A stretch of 64,000 nt of DNA from the human T2T-CHM13v2.0 reference genome, Homo sapiens, in NCBI RefSeq assembly GCF_009914755.1, contig NC_060942.1, one strand, 5' to 3'. The notes beneath the pieces were generated by a model. The model made no database searches and was not told where the DNA came from. It was given only the letters and a program-made list of their open reading frames with translations. Positions 13,983 through 30,460 of this stretch are shown piece by piece. Positions within the stretch are counted from its first letter, which is position 1, and each line of letters begins with the position of its first letter. The translations under genes and the position numbers were made by a program.

Positions 13983-14570
13983 GTCTAAGGAAAAAACAAG
14001 GAAGAACTCAAGCAAGAGTTATCACATTGGCCACTTGGTGACAACAGCCAAGTCCTTTAAATTACCTTTCCTTGTTCTCTCGTCTATCAAAAAGGGACTG
14101 TTATGCCAGGTATCCCTCCTCCTCAAAGTTGGAGTCAGCTTTGAATCAGATAACTCCTGCTAAAATGCTTTGAAATATAGAAAGTATTAAATGTTAAATA
14201 AGAGTTATTTCTGATGGAAAGAGCAGATGTTAGTTATATTTATAAATTATTAGAGTAAGAACAGAACTGGCAACACATACATCCCTTTTGGTAACTGTTT
14301 TTGAGTAATACTTGGGAAATATCTTTTGGCAATTATTGAAGAGTGATACATGTTATTTTATACTTTATTTTATTTTTGTTTAGAGATGGAATCTTGCCAT
14401 TACCTGGGACCACAGGTGCACCCCACTGTGCCCAGCAAATAATATTTTATATATACCAGAAACACTTCCAGGATTTGGCTGCTGTTTTAATAGTTTACAT
14501 ATTCAGAATCAAATCAGAATTAAAATTACATGGGACAGCTTTTCAAATCACACATTTGAAGAAAGTACAG

Positions 14571-14571
<1 letters not shown>

Positions 14572-14631
<60 letters not shown>

Positions 14632-14660
14632 GGAAGAGAGAGAAAGAGAGAGGGAGAGAG
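14572..14660. repeat. Compound (AC)n-(AG)n microsatellite
   Basis: About 23 AC units followed by an imperfect GA-rich run. Confidence 0.95.
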
Positions 14661-16206
14661 GATTGTTCTATTCTCAAATACTTTTCAAATCCTGAAAGCT
14701 AATGAAATCCTTGAGAGTTTCCCAGGAGGCAAGAGATTCTAGTGTCATTAGGATTCTACTGAAGAAAAGTGATGCTTAATGGAACTAGATAAATGAGATT
14801 GCTTGTTAATCTCTCAGTTAATTTTCTCTCACTCTCTCTCCTTCTTTCTCTCTCTTTTTCTTGACCATGCCTTAGGTCAGAACTTCATTGAATCATCGAA
14901 TTCATTGAAGTTTGGCTCCAACCTATCATATCGCCGAGGTTTACCAATCCTATACTTCATAAAGTTCTAAATTCAGAATGTGAGGTTGACAAATTCATTT
15001 CAGTTCCACAAGTGGTAGCATTTAAATATCAGCAGCTTAAGTATTCAAAATTAATAGATTGCATTTTTAGAATGGTGAAATTCTGACAGTTTGCAGGGAA
15101 AAGGTGCTGAATATCTTGATATAATTTACATACTTCTATAAACAGGCATTTTTATACCTTTGGAAAGATAAATGAGTAGAAACCAAGTATTTTACAATTC
15201 TAATAGTTTTACTGACATGTAGAGGGAGGGGCATAGACTGTCCAAAAGGGGAACTATTGCCAGGCTTTTAGGAGCTGCCGTTGCTAACAAATCAGTTTGG
15301 GTAGGCAGGTGTTCTAGAAAAACCAGAAGAAAAATGAAGATCAGAGATGATTTTTCTCTTCTTTTCACAAATTAAATAAAATGAAAGACCTGATGCTGAA
15401 AGTAATTATCCACAGGGGCTTCCTGCAGTGTAATTCTGCAATATAAAGCTGAAGGAAATGTGAAGACGAGTATTTCTTCATAAACAAAAATAATTATGTT
15501 GGTTGACTATATCCAGATGAAAAGTACATGAGTTTTAGGGCAAACTCTCTACATTTGAGTATGCAAATACTCAAAGTTTCTTGATAAAATGCATGTTAAA
15601 CGTACCAAAAGCTCCAGAGTCTCCAAAAGGAGATTTATTATATGATCTCCGCAGTGGGACTAGCCTACAGGTGAAAAGTAAAACTCTCCAAACGCGAAGC
15701 AAATTTATCCACTCAAATGGATATATTTATGTTTTATCCATCCAAGCAGAAGCATCTGGTTAAGTGGAAAGCATACTTGTATTTGCATGACAAATTCATC
15801 ACTGCATAGGGTAACATGCTTCCTCCTTACTCCCTGCCATTTATGAAATGAAAAGTCTAGTAGGAATGCATGCTCTCCTCCCACCCACCACCAGAGTATA
15901 ATTACTACTCACCAAATTATAACTATTATGTAATTTTTAAATTTTAAAGAGTATATAAGAATATGGCCATTACAAGTGCCACCTTTGTTGGTTTGTTGCA
16001 GTGTCTCCTTAGAAAAGCTAAATTCTAGATTCACATTTGTCAGAGCTTGATTGTATCTCTTTGAGAAGTGTTATCAGCCATTTAGCAATTTTGGTCTGTA
16101 TTTTTCAGGGGCTAAATGAGTTTTCCTTTATATTTTATGCTGATCTACAAGAAAATGCTAAGGATACCTGTGTCTATCATTACTATTTTTATTTAGAACT
16201 AGTGCC

Positions 16207-16486
16207 AGCCGGGCGTGGTGGCTCACGCCTATAATCCCAGCACTTTGGAAAGCCGAGGCGGGTGGATCATGAGGTTCAGGAGTTTGAGACCAGCCTGGCC
16301 AATATGGTGAAACCCCCTCTCTACTAAAAATACAAAAATTAGCTGGGCGTGGTGACACGCACCTGTAATCCCAGCTACTCAGGAGGCTGAGGCAGGAGAA
16401 TCCCTTGAACCCAGGAGGGAGAGGTTGCAGTGAGCCGAGATCATGCTACTGCACTCCAGCATGGGTGACAGCATGAGACTCTGTCT

Positions 16487-16517
<31 letters not shown>
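16207..16517 (+). mobile_element. AluS (Sg-like) SINE
   Basis: Full-length Alu with about 30-nt poly-A; TSD core ctagtgcca at 16199-16207 and 16519-16527. Confidence 0.95.
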
Positions 16518-16520
<3 letters not shown>

Positions 16521-17519
16521 AGTGCCATGCTGACTCAAAAGCATGTAACCCTGAATTCCTACAGAATTGTAGAACATGATGGGCTAAATTACAAAACCAA
16601 ACCAGGAAAAACTGCACAGAGGAAACTGGTTTCTTTTTATTCCCAGGATATCCACCATCCTTCAATTCTCCTCTTCTGCAATCAGCACTTAAAGGACTCT
16701 GAGAGTGAGCACCTTTTAAAATTTTTTGCCCCAGGCGTCTCACTCTTTTTTTTTTTTTTTTTTTTACATAAAAATGGTTTAATAAGTTTTGGAAAATTCA
16801 AATGAATATTAGATATACAAAGGGTAATTTTATCATATTAAGAAAAATGGATAATGAAAGTTTGCATATAGAGTTTATTTTCTTTTTTTTTGTTTGTTTT
16901 TCAATGAGACGTCAACAGTTTATTTCATAATAAATAAATACACTTTGATTGAACTAAAGATTCAGGGTCTTTAAAAGCTGTCAGGCATAATTGAATGGTT
17001 TTCTGAAATTTTACAGTAATGTTCATAGCAGCACGTCCCCACAAAACACACTCATTTAATGTTTCTGGTTCAACTAATGGTTTTTATTTCACATTTGGCA
17101 TCTTTTTCTTCTACAAACTAATAGATTCTCCAGAAACTATTCACCTGAGATTTCTTTTTCTACCATGCCTGTCCTTTGCAGGATTGTTTGAATTTTCAAG
17201 AGAATTTGAAACACTTAGTCTCTAGACAGTTTCTTTCAATGTAGCCCTTTGCTCTTCAGACATATGTGACAGGAGTCAAATCACTGTTTGTTTGTTTGTT
17301 TTTTTTAATGGAAAAAATGAGTTTATTTTTTAGTAAATTTTGTAGATGCAAAGGACATATCTGGTGGCAACTGGAATCACAGAATGAGCATTCAGAAGCC
17401 ACAACAGAAAATGTAGATTTAGAAATCTTTCATACAGAATTGGAAGCTGGAGCCATAAGAATAGAAAACATTCTTTTTTTTTTTTTTTTTTTCAGTCATT
17501 ATTTGTACAGCTGTGTGAA

Positions 17520-19026
<1,507 letters not shown>

Positions 19027-19967
19027 CACTCTCAGGGAAAAACAAGGGTAGGGTTGGCAGTTGCCCACTGCAGAGATAGAATTCCTCCTTCAGTTTTGCA
19101 CCCTTAACTGCCTTGTTTGCCTCTCTCTATTCCTGTTTTTTTTTTTTTTTTTTTCGGAGAAAATAGGAGGATTTTTCTGTCCAAATCTCTGATGCTCATT
19201 TATTTGCACTAGCTATGGTCCCATCTTCACTTGAGTCGCATATGTTCTTCATCAATACTCTTCGGAAGTCAATGCAGCTATAAAACACAAATAAGAATCT
19301 TCCCAAGATGGTGTTGGAATAGGAAGAATTGCATCTCTTTCAGTGTTTTAGGAGAAACATCTGGCAGAACTTAAATTCGATTCTGTCTCATAGCTACATC
19401 ATTGCCAGTTTATCAGAGAACTGACACTGAATCCTCAGATTCGAGAGTGGTGCTTACTGCCCTTTTACATAGATTAGCCTCATTTTACTTTTCTTTGTAT
19501 ATATTTCAAATATATTTAATTTTATGTCAACCACATTTGGCAGGCAGTAAAACATGATTGGGAAAAGCAGCATTAATTTAAATAAGGAATCAGGTTAACA
19601 TTCAAATTTTATGTTTTAAATAGCATGAAATAATCTGACCATACATATAAATTACATACAAATATATGCAAGCATACATAACCTAACTATTTTTACACAG
19701 AATATTTTGTATACTTGAATGTGGCTTTTTTGGTACAAGTTTGGAATTATTTCACATTTTAGACATTTTAAAAGGCTACATTGTTGGAGAGAAGGAAATA
19801 CAAAACATAATACATGTAATTCAAATCCTTTTTCTTACCTTTTCCACTTTTTTCATTCTATTCCTTTTTTAAAATCATTCTGTCACATCTTAATAGCTGT
19901 CTGACTGATACTTAAGAGGAGAACTACAAATAGAGCAAACAACCTTTCTAGCTACCCTATTGGTTGA

Positions 19968-20041
19968 TTTCTTTCTTTCTTTCTTTCTTTCCTTCCTTCC
20001 TTCCTTCCTTCCTTCCTTCCTTCCTTCCTTCCTTCCTTCCT

Positions 20042-20131
<90 letters not shown>

Positions 20132-20150
20132 TTCTCTCTATCTTTCTCTC

Positions 20151-20233
<83 letters not shown>

Positions 20234-20342
20234 TTCTCTCTTTCTCTCTTTCTCTCTCTCTTTCTCCCTTCCTTCCTTCCTTCCTTCCTTCCTTCCTTTC
20301 TTTCTTTCTTTCTTTCCTTCCTTCCTTCCTTCCTTCCTTCCT

Positions 20343-20401
<59 letters not shown>

Positions 20402-20431
20402 CTTTCTTCCTTTCTTTCTTTCTTTCTTTCT
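19968..20431. repeat. Complex polypyrimidine microsatellite (TTTC/TTCC/TC), about 460 bp, in the tail position of an Alu
   Basis: Nearly pure pyrimidine tract directly abutting the 3' end of a minus-strand Alu. Confidence 0.97.
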
Positions 20432-20701
20432 TGACAGAGTCTCACTCCGTTGCCCAGGCTGTAGCAGTGGCACCGTCTAGGCTCACTGCAACCTCCACCT
20501 CCCAGGTTCAAGCAATTCTGCCACTTCAGCCTCCTGAATAGCTGGGATTACAGGCATGCGCCACCACACCTGACAAATTTTTGTATTTTTAGTAGAGACG
20601 GGGTTTTGCCAAGCTGGTCTTGAACTCCTAACTTCAAGTGATCCACCTGCCTCGGCCTCCCAAAGTGCTGGGATTACAGGCATGAGGCACCTCACTCAGC
20701 C
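20432..20701 (-). mobile_element. AluS (Sx/Sz-like) SINE
   Basis: tgacagagtctcact...cttcaagtgatccacctgcctcggcctcccaaagtgctgggattacagg. Confidence 0.93.
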
Positions 20702-20794
20702 GGATTTCTATTTGTAGATAGAAGTGGAATGTGGGGTTTACAAGTATATTAAAATAGAGCAAAATTTTCTTTTGGATGGGTGATAATTCATGTA

Positions 20795-21417
20795 CAGTTG
20801 ACTCTCATCTATGATAGTTATTTCTATGCAGACACCATGAACACTGAATTGGTGCATAGGGAACCATTGCTCTTAGGGGAAATACAAGATTAGATTCTTG
20901 TGAGACTATGGTCCCAACGTTTTCATGAACTGATCAACTCTTAACTGTGCCTTATGTGTGTTTCTGTGTAATTTAATACATTATTTAATATATACTATTG
21001 ATTCATTAACATTAAACTCACAGACAACACACTATAACTAATGCCTGGAAAAGCTCATTTAACATACATGTTTCTTCCCTAAGGCACATCACAGCCTTTT
21101 TGTGCCTAGGAACACTGGACAGCATTTCAGTGCTATATCTGGGCGTCATTTTAAACAGCAAAACCACAAACAGAAAGTACAAAATAGGAAAAATGTGTCA
21201 CAAAACAGACTGCAAAAAGGATAACTGTTTACAACATGGAAGCAGAATGAGGATAGATAGGGGTGTTGCTTTCTTCAACCTTAGTTGGGAATGTGTGAAT
21301 CAGAACACTCAGATGTTATGCTGCTCTGTGTATGTTCAAGAATGACCACAGATAAATACATTTTATTGAGTAGATGAATTGCCAAACACAAATTCCTACA
21401 ATAATAAATATCAACTC
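20795..21417. mobile_element. MER82-like TcMar-Tigger DNA transposon
   Basis: TA|cagttga...tcaactc|TA termini; internal gaacactgaatt...ggggaaataca...taaggcacatcacagcc matches remembered MER82. Confidence 0.8.
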
Positions 21418-22186
21418 TATCTATTCAGGAAAGAGTAAGCATTTGGACCACAGTGCATGAAAACTTCAACATTCTGTTATTAGATAATGAATCCAACCAA
21501 ATGAACAATCCAGAGAAAAGAAAATTGACAATAATAAAAGGTAAATTAACAGAAAGATAATTATAAGCAAGAATAGTAATAGTTGACCATTCTGAAAAGC
21601 TTATAACATCACTCATCATCCAGCATCCTTTCTGAAAACAAAGGATTTTTAAATCACTTTATGCACATATGCAACATAGGAGGTTGGCAAAATAATGCAC
21701 TATTTCTTAACAGCCATGTCTCTTGTAGAACTTCAAGTTAATCTACAAATGACCATTGTGTCTTAACTTTAGATTATGAATACCACATTAGTCAGGTATT
21801 TGCACTAACCCTTAATAGTATATACAGTTTCTATGGAAAATTCAGTGGTCCAAAAATTTCCGTAGAATTTGAGAGGACGTTGGTGGGCTGAAGATAGCTC
21901 CTTGAGGGTCACTGATGTAGGCTGCAATGGGGGTTCACAAGTGCCTGACACCGTATTTTATTAGTCTAACCTTTTTCATGAAAATCCTGACTACAGCTAT
22001 TTAAGGAGTAGTCTTAATAGCTGAAAATGAAGATAGAGAAAGACACCAAGAATATGACACAGTTTACATTCTAGTGAGGGACACAACAAAATCAAATTTA
22101 AAAAAGAGTGTAATAGATGCTGATAAATACTGTAGATAAAGCACATAAGAAAATAGAAATAAAGGCTGTCAATGGAGAAGTCATGA

Positions 22187-22490
22187 TTTTTATTTTATTT
22201 ATTTATTTATTTATTTGAGACAGAGTCAGGCTCTGTGCAGGCTGGAGTGCAATGGTGTGATCTCGGCTCACAACAACTTCCACCTTCCTGGCTCTAGGGA
22301 TGCTCCCTCCTCAGCTGCTTGAGTAGCTGGGAACACAGGCATTACCACCCACAGCTATTTTTTTTTTTTTTTTTTTGTAGAGATTGGGTTTTGCCAAGTT
22401 GCCCAGTTTGCTCTCAAATCTCTAGGCTCAATCACCCATCTCAGCTTCCCAAAGTGCTGAGATTACAGGCATGAGCCACTGTGCTTAGCT
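22187..22490 (-). mobile_element. AluJ SINE inserted in an L2 relic
   Basis: (TTTA)n tail and diverged Alu with J-type features (ggctcaa, tttgtagaga). Confidence 0.9.
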
Positions 22491-22509
22491 GAAAAGTTGT
22501 AATTTTTAA

Positions 22510-22715
22510 AAGGGTGGTCAGCTTCACCTGAAGTGATATTTTTACAAAGCCCAGAGAGAAATGCAGGAATGAACAAAGTGGACACCTGGGGAAAGTGAAT
22601 TTCAGGCATTGGAAACAGCAAGAGCACAGACTCTGAAGCAGGAGTGGCCTACTATGCTTGAGGAAGTAGAAAAGGCCAGCGTGGCTAGTTTGGAGTAAGT
22701 AGCGTATAAGAAAGG
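22510..22715 (-). mobile_element. L2 LINE fragment
   Basis: ctggggaaagtgaatttcaggcattggaaacagcaagagcacagactctgaagcagga...aggccagcgtggct resembles antisense L2; more L2-like sequence near 22040-22150. Confidence 0.7.
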
Positions 22716-24525
22716 AGAATCAGCTTCTCACAAAGTTGGTGAATTATCTGACCCACCATATAATTCCAGTGGGTGAAGTGCTCTTTGCCATATTGGTGTT
22801 GGACTGCAGTTAAAATATACCATTAGGAGAAAAAGTCCTAGAACATCCCTCTTTATGTCTACTGTAGAAATACTGGCCTTAATCTTGTTAATTTCATTCC
22901 ACAGTATTCTTTTTATGAATTCCTTGAGAAAAGTCATTAAGTGGTCCTTATATCAGGAATCATTCCACTTCATCTCCGTGTTGAATCCTTAAATCGCTAA
23001 GCTTTTGATTTTTGCCACAATTCTCGGAACTTGATTTGTGACCTAACAAATATGTCGAGAAGTTCTGCGTAGCATGTTTTCATTCCCTCCTATTACGAAT
23101 TCTTTTCTGTGTCTCCACATTTTTTACCCTTGTTCATTTATGTGTTACATTATACTTGGAGTCCTTGTAAGCCATTAAAACTCCCTTCCAGAGGAAGATG
23201 TTTATAATAGGCAGATGAATAAATAAATAATAATCAGGAAATTGAACTTTTGTTCTTTTATGGTATCTGTGGCAACTGCAGTTCAATTAATGACTTTTGG
23301 ATTGATTTTTAGTTAACTAGAAGTTTGGTTAACTTATTGCGACAATCCACTTGCAAAGCCGTACATTTAAATTACAATTTGGCTGAATCCAGTATGTTGT
23401 ATCTGACAAGTTTTATGAAACTGATTATTAGAGAACCATGACTTGTCTAAAACAAGCATATTTGTCATATAATATATGTCATATATATATATATTATTAG
23501 GCGATTCTCAAATAATGGGAACAAATATGACATATAGTGTTCTGTAGAGATAGCATGAAAATGGTATCATTTTATTAGAATATGATGACAGTGTTGTAGA
23601 TAAGGTTATGTACAACATTAAATACAATTTAGTAAAAATATGTCTGGTTAAAGTTGTAGCATGGAATTAATTGAGTCATTTTTGAGGCAAATACTGGTCA
23701 TTTAAGAATCACATTCTTTAGCGTAGAGCTTTTATTAGTAGAAGGTACATTAACAATAAATTCTTAGCCTGCATTCTAAGACAGCTCTGCCCAATGCAGT
23801 AGATATTACTTATATAGGAGAAAACCTCTAAAATCTTTGAAAAAAAAGAAAAAAAAACTAAGTGACAAAACAATGAAAAAATATCTAATGGAGTTTAGGG
23901 AAACTTAATATATAATATTTTCCTAATGACATTAGTTTTGAGTTCATTGTATACATTATGGAGGGAGTATTAATTTTATTCTGATTTTGATATTGCCAAA
24001 TAAAAAGCATGAAAATTATGATTGCAAAATTCTTTCCTTTAGAAGAGTTCCTTTCTCCTTAAGAAAGTAACACAAAAATTAAAACAAAATTAAACTTTTC
24101 AACATAAGAAATATAATTTGTAAAAGTACATATAGCAGTAGAATATGTTAACCAGCATATTATACTAGGATACTGGATATTCAGTTTAAAACACATTATA
24201 AATACATGTGGTGTTGATTGCACCTGCGTGTTTCCCGTACATTAGCATGCAGCTTTTGGTTCCCTAGGCCCCAAGATATTACCCGGAATAAATAAATGGT
24301 AGTGATTGATCTGAGCTAGAGCTGCCCATTAATATGGTTGTAACATGAATGGATAACAATGAAATTTTTACCGTATTATTTAACATATTTTCAAGCTTCT
24401 GTCTGTAGACTGAATGTACCTGATTATATCAGGGAGATCAATGAGAAAGTACTTTTTTTTTCAAGCTAAGTTTGATTTCATTGACAAATGACATTAGAAG
24501 CATACCTAACATTTAAAGTAATAAC

Positions 24526-24745
24526 CAAGGGTAGATATGAGTTTTGTGGGGTCTCAGGCTGACATAAAATATATGGATTTTAAAGCTTCAAATAACATAA
24601 AAATTTATTTTGGACATTTTACAAAATTATCATTACATTCCTAAGCCCACAACCGCCCCCCCAGTTCTTGGACTTTAGAATGACCTATGCAAGTGTGAGG
24701 CTCTAAATCTTAGCCTGCATTAGCTTCAGAGTAAATCTACCTCTG
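24526..24745. mobile_element. Old non-autonomous hAT (Tip100-like) DNA transposon
   Basis: Imperfect TIRs caagggtagat / atctacctctg, about 220 bp apart. Confidence 0.55.
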
Positions 24746-24911
24746 CATAGCAAACCATAAATCAGTACTGATAATGTTTAATTGAATATATTAATATAAT
24801 GTCTGTGATGGGATTCAGCCCTTGTTTAAAATGATGTTGTAAAAGGATAGCTTTAAGAGGTATGATAACGCTGATAACTCTCTGAGTCAGAGATAATTTC
24901 CTTGGCTGCTT

Positions 24912-25227
24912 CTTTTTCTCTCTCTCTCTTTCTCTTTTTTTCTTTGAGATAAGATCTTGCTTTGTTGCCCAGGCCGGAGTGCAGTGGTGCAGTCATAGCT
25001 CACTGAAGCCCCAAATTCCTGGTCTCAAACAATCATCCCACCTCAGCCTCTTGAGTAGCTGAGACTACAGGTGTATGTCACTATGCACAGCTAATTAATC
25101 AAAATTTATGTTTTTAGAGACAGAGTCTTGGTATGTTGCCCAGGCTGGTCTCGAACTCCTGGCATCAAATGATCCTCTGGCCTCAGCCCCCCAATAGCTG
25201 GGATTATAGGTGCAAATCACTAAGCCC
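24912..25227 (-). mobile_element. AluJ SINE
   Basis: T/TC-rich tail, gcagtggtgcagtcatagctcactgaagcc...tgttgcccaggctggtctcgaactcctgg. Confidence 0.9.
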
Positions 25228-27239
25228 ACTCTATTTCCTAAGTTTCATGCCCATCAATGAAAACTTTTTTTTTTCCCTGACACAAGACTGTCACATATTT
25301 ATATGTTTTCACCAAAACAGATTCAAGATCATTATCATTAGCAGCATTTGTTGACACATGCAGCCAAAAAGTCAGGCATGAAACAGAAAGTTTTTATGGA
25401 AAATTATTTATTTTAACATTTCAATAGATTTCATATATATGTAGAAAGAGCTTTTCTGACAAAACATTTCATCGTTTTAAATGTATCAAATTATGCAACA
25501 TACATTCCTTCTACATATAAGAAGGATTATTAGAACTTGATTGAGGGGTGGTTATACACTGTTCCAAATTATTGCTTCTGTTGCTGCCATAGTTGGTGCT
25601 GCTCCTGCTAGTGGAAATGATTTTGACATCAGTTCAATTTAATTTAACAAGGATTTATTGAGCGTTTGCCACTTATTCTACAAGATTCAACAGGCGTTTA
25701 CCTACTAGCAGGAGGATGGAGAGTAGTTACCAAATACAAGTAACATATTTTAAGGAATTCTTCATCTAAATTTCAGGACATTTGGTCTAAGTAATGAGGG
25801 TCCAGACAGAAAAAGGACAAATTTAGAGCTGCTTTGATTTTAAATTCTACACAAGGAAAGACTGGATGGGCTTTCCAGATATATAAAGGCAGGAACTGCA
25901 AAGTCATAAGGCAGAGCTGTGATTACTCATTTAGTGGTCTGCTCTTCTCTCGGGTGAGAGAGGAGCTGCTCTCAGTTTTGCATTCTCAGCACCTAGCAGA
26001 TGATCTGATGTGTGTGTTTTTAAAATACATTTCACAGGTGAACATAGCTACAATACTACAATTTTTAAGTAGTCTGAGCCTAACAGGACTATTCAGTCAG
26101 TAGATATATGAGTAATATATTTCCTGAAAAAGTTGGTGAAATTTAAGAGAAAGCGAGTAACCAGTTAGTGTGAAGAGTGGAGAAGAGTAAATCCCATTTA
26201 CTTTTTAACAGATTAAATGATACTAAAATCAAGTGTTGAAATCATGTCTTAAAATATTAGGCAAAGAGAAAAAACATATATTAACTCTAAGGATCTTTTT
26301 TTCCCCACTATTTTTACTGAATTCCACCCTTCATTTGAACACACATTGAAAATAAGCTTGTATAATCAGGAATTGATTCAAGTTTATCAGGTGAACAACT
26401 TATTAAACTGTTCAGCTCTGGACACAGGACTGGTTGCTTGCAAAGCATGGGCTAAAATGAATATCCTGACTGGATGTACCAAGGACACACCACTAAAATT
26501 CATAGCAAATTTTACATTACTGTCTAAAATCATCAATTAAGTTTACAGACAGAAGTCTTGCACACAGGGAAAAATATGTGGTCATCATCACTGAAATAGT
26601 TGGCTTCTGAGTGCTTTAATCTACTCATCCTAAGTAACATATAAAAAATATGAAATTCTAAAAGAAAGAAAGAGAGAGGGAATGAGAGAGAAAGAAAAAG
26701 AAAGACCCTACATATCACATGGTGTGTAAAGTTCATGTTGGTAGCTGCAAGTCATGCTGTGTAGCGCGAGCAGGTATGTTTATAGATAATCACTTCAGAT
26801 GCAGAGATCACAGGGGCCATCTGCCGGCTTGCTCAACTAATGCATTTGCTTGAGCCTCTAGCCACCTGCAGCCTTCTGAAAACACCACCTCGTGGACCAG
26901 ATAGAGCTTTTTGCTGATGCCACTTGCCAGACACTTGTGCAGTTCAAAGAACAGAATAGTGAATGCTATTTTTATATATTTTTAATGGAAAAAAGGAAAG
27001 AGTTATACCTGCTTTCGCTTAGATGAAAAAGTTTCCAGTGAGTAAAAGTTTTCAATAAGAATCTATTCTGTACATTTCTGCCCTACCCAAGTTTAGATTT
27101 GACCTATAGCTAACACAGTTTGCCTAGTTGAAAATCAAACTTATGGGTTAAGGAAGTGTAAAAAACAAGAAGAAATACGTAGTCTATAATGGTCCTATAC
27201 AAAGTTATATTATCATGAATATTTTTAAGGATATTTATT

Positions 27240-28570
<1,331 letters not shown>

Positions 28571-28850
28571 AATTGAACCTAGTTGATGGTGAAGCATGCA
28601 TTATTTAATGTCTCTCGATAAAGAAGAGTAGACTGTAAGCTTGATTGTTAACAGGGCCCCTTGAGAGTGAAGTGTAAGAATAAGTACTCTACAATACACT
28701 GATTTTTATATTCTCTTTCTCCTCCTCATTCTCTTTTTCTGTTCACCCAAGTAGTCAGGAATACTATTTTAAAAAATGCTACATTAAGTAGTCTTAGTAG
28801 TCTTTATAGGAAAATCATTGTTATAGACTTTGTATAAAAGGTAACTGATT

Positions 28851-29140
28851 GCCTGCAATCTCAGCACTTTGGGAGGCCAAGGCGGGAGGATCACTTGAGG
28901 TCAGGAGTCCAAGACCAGCCTGGCTAACATTGTGAAATCCTGTCTTTAATAAAAATACAAAAATTAGCCTGATGTGGTGTTGCACGCCTGTAATCCCAGC
29001 AGCTCAGGAGGCTGAGGCAAGAGAATCACCTGAACCACGGAAGCAGAGGTTGCAGTAAGCCGAGATTGCATCACTGCACTCCAGCTTAGGCAACAGAGTG
29101 AAACTCTGTCTCAAAACAAAACAAAATAAAACAAACAAAC
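28851..29140 (+). mobile_element. AluS SINE, 5'-truncated
   Basis: Starts at gcctgcaatctcagcacttt; TSD aaaaggtaa(c/t)tgatt at 28836-28850 and 29141-29155. Confidence 0.93.
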
Positions 29141-30427
29141 AAAAGGTAATTGATTAGTTTAAAATGGACCCACTAAAGTATGAAATTCCTATGAACAGTT
29201 GCTGTGTTTGTAAGGGTACATTATTTAGACACCTTGAACAGAAAAACAATCTCGTTACTTACAAAAAGGGCTTTCAAAAATGTAAAAAGTGTTTAACTTA
29301 AAGATTTCGTGAATATTTTTACTTATGAGGCAACTTTCCTTTACATTTATAAAATATTTGAAGAATGATTTAATCTGAATATTAGAAATGACACCTTTGT
29401 CTTTTAGTCTTTGGTTAGCATCTTCATTTGAAACATGAAACATCAGAGAGTACATGTATGTGTGTTTACATATGTGTGCATGTTTGTGTATGTTACAATG
29501 TTACACATTTAATCGGTCAGCTCTTTGTGTATATTTTTACATACAAATTAGTAGCACAGTTTGATCTGAAACCCTGTTCTTTCTATGTGATGTTCTTAAT
29601 CCAGTAGCGCTAACATAATTCCCTTTATTTAATATTATGTGGTTTGTAAGCTATATTGTTTTACATTATTTCACTGGAGTCTTAAAAAAATGAGGTAGAG
29701 GAAGCATCGTTATCACTAGTTCATTTGTACATATGGGAAAGTTAAGCCGAGAGAAAGTTTAATAAGCAGTAGAGTCAAACCTCCTTGATCACAGACCATG
29801 CTCTCCATTCCACTCTGGGCCATTCTCTATTTAATCCCATGTCAGATGCTGTGAATTCTCAGTGCATGAACTAGTCCAATAATGTTACAGTGTAGCAAGC
29901 TTATGTCAAGACTTATTTTCTGTTCTTTAAAGATACAGAGAATGGCTGATAGAATTCTTAGGAGTCTTGTCACATGACGTAATGTATGTAATCCTGCGAT
30001 GCTCACTCTGGGATTCTGTTCAGTAAACACTGTCCCTAGTTTCATAATTTCTTTAGAATATGGCAGAATTATTGGGGAAACAAATACAACTTGTCTGGTT
30101 TAAATTCCTTCTGCTCTAATGGTTGTGTGTATTCTCCAATCATCCTTATCTTTCATCTGTTTCTCTGTGGCCTTTATTTTCAATGGCTATCTCTGGCTTT
30201 TAATTAAGTGGCCTTTGACTAAATAAACTTTCTCTGCTTAGTACGCTAATGTGTTTATACTGTACGCAGACATTAAAGTTTGAAAACTACATTAACTATT
30301 TATCACATAGGGGCATGTTAGATCTTTTTCTTAAGTGCCCCTGAGGCTGATATTCTCTGCATTTAAAAATGGCTCTTAAAAGTTCTAGCTATACTCCATG
30401 GAGCCCCAGAATGTCTGCTGCAGCCAG

Positions 30428-30460
<33 letters not shown>

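Noticed and set aside
19957-20541. Long ORFs of 111-193 aa on both strands (KERK- or FLSF-rich)
   Set aside because: Translations of the stop-free microsatellite and adjacent Alu; no coding signature
21430-22030. Unique segment that looked like a possible processed pseudogene or UTR fragment
   Set aside because: No recognisable protein in the frames checked, no poly-A tail and no TSD; would need BLAST
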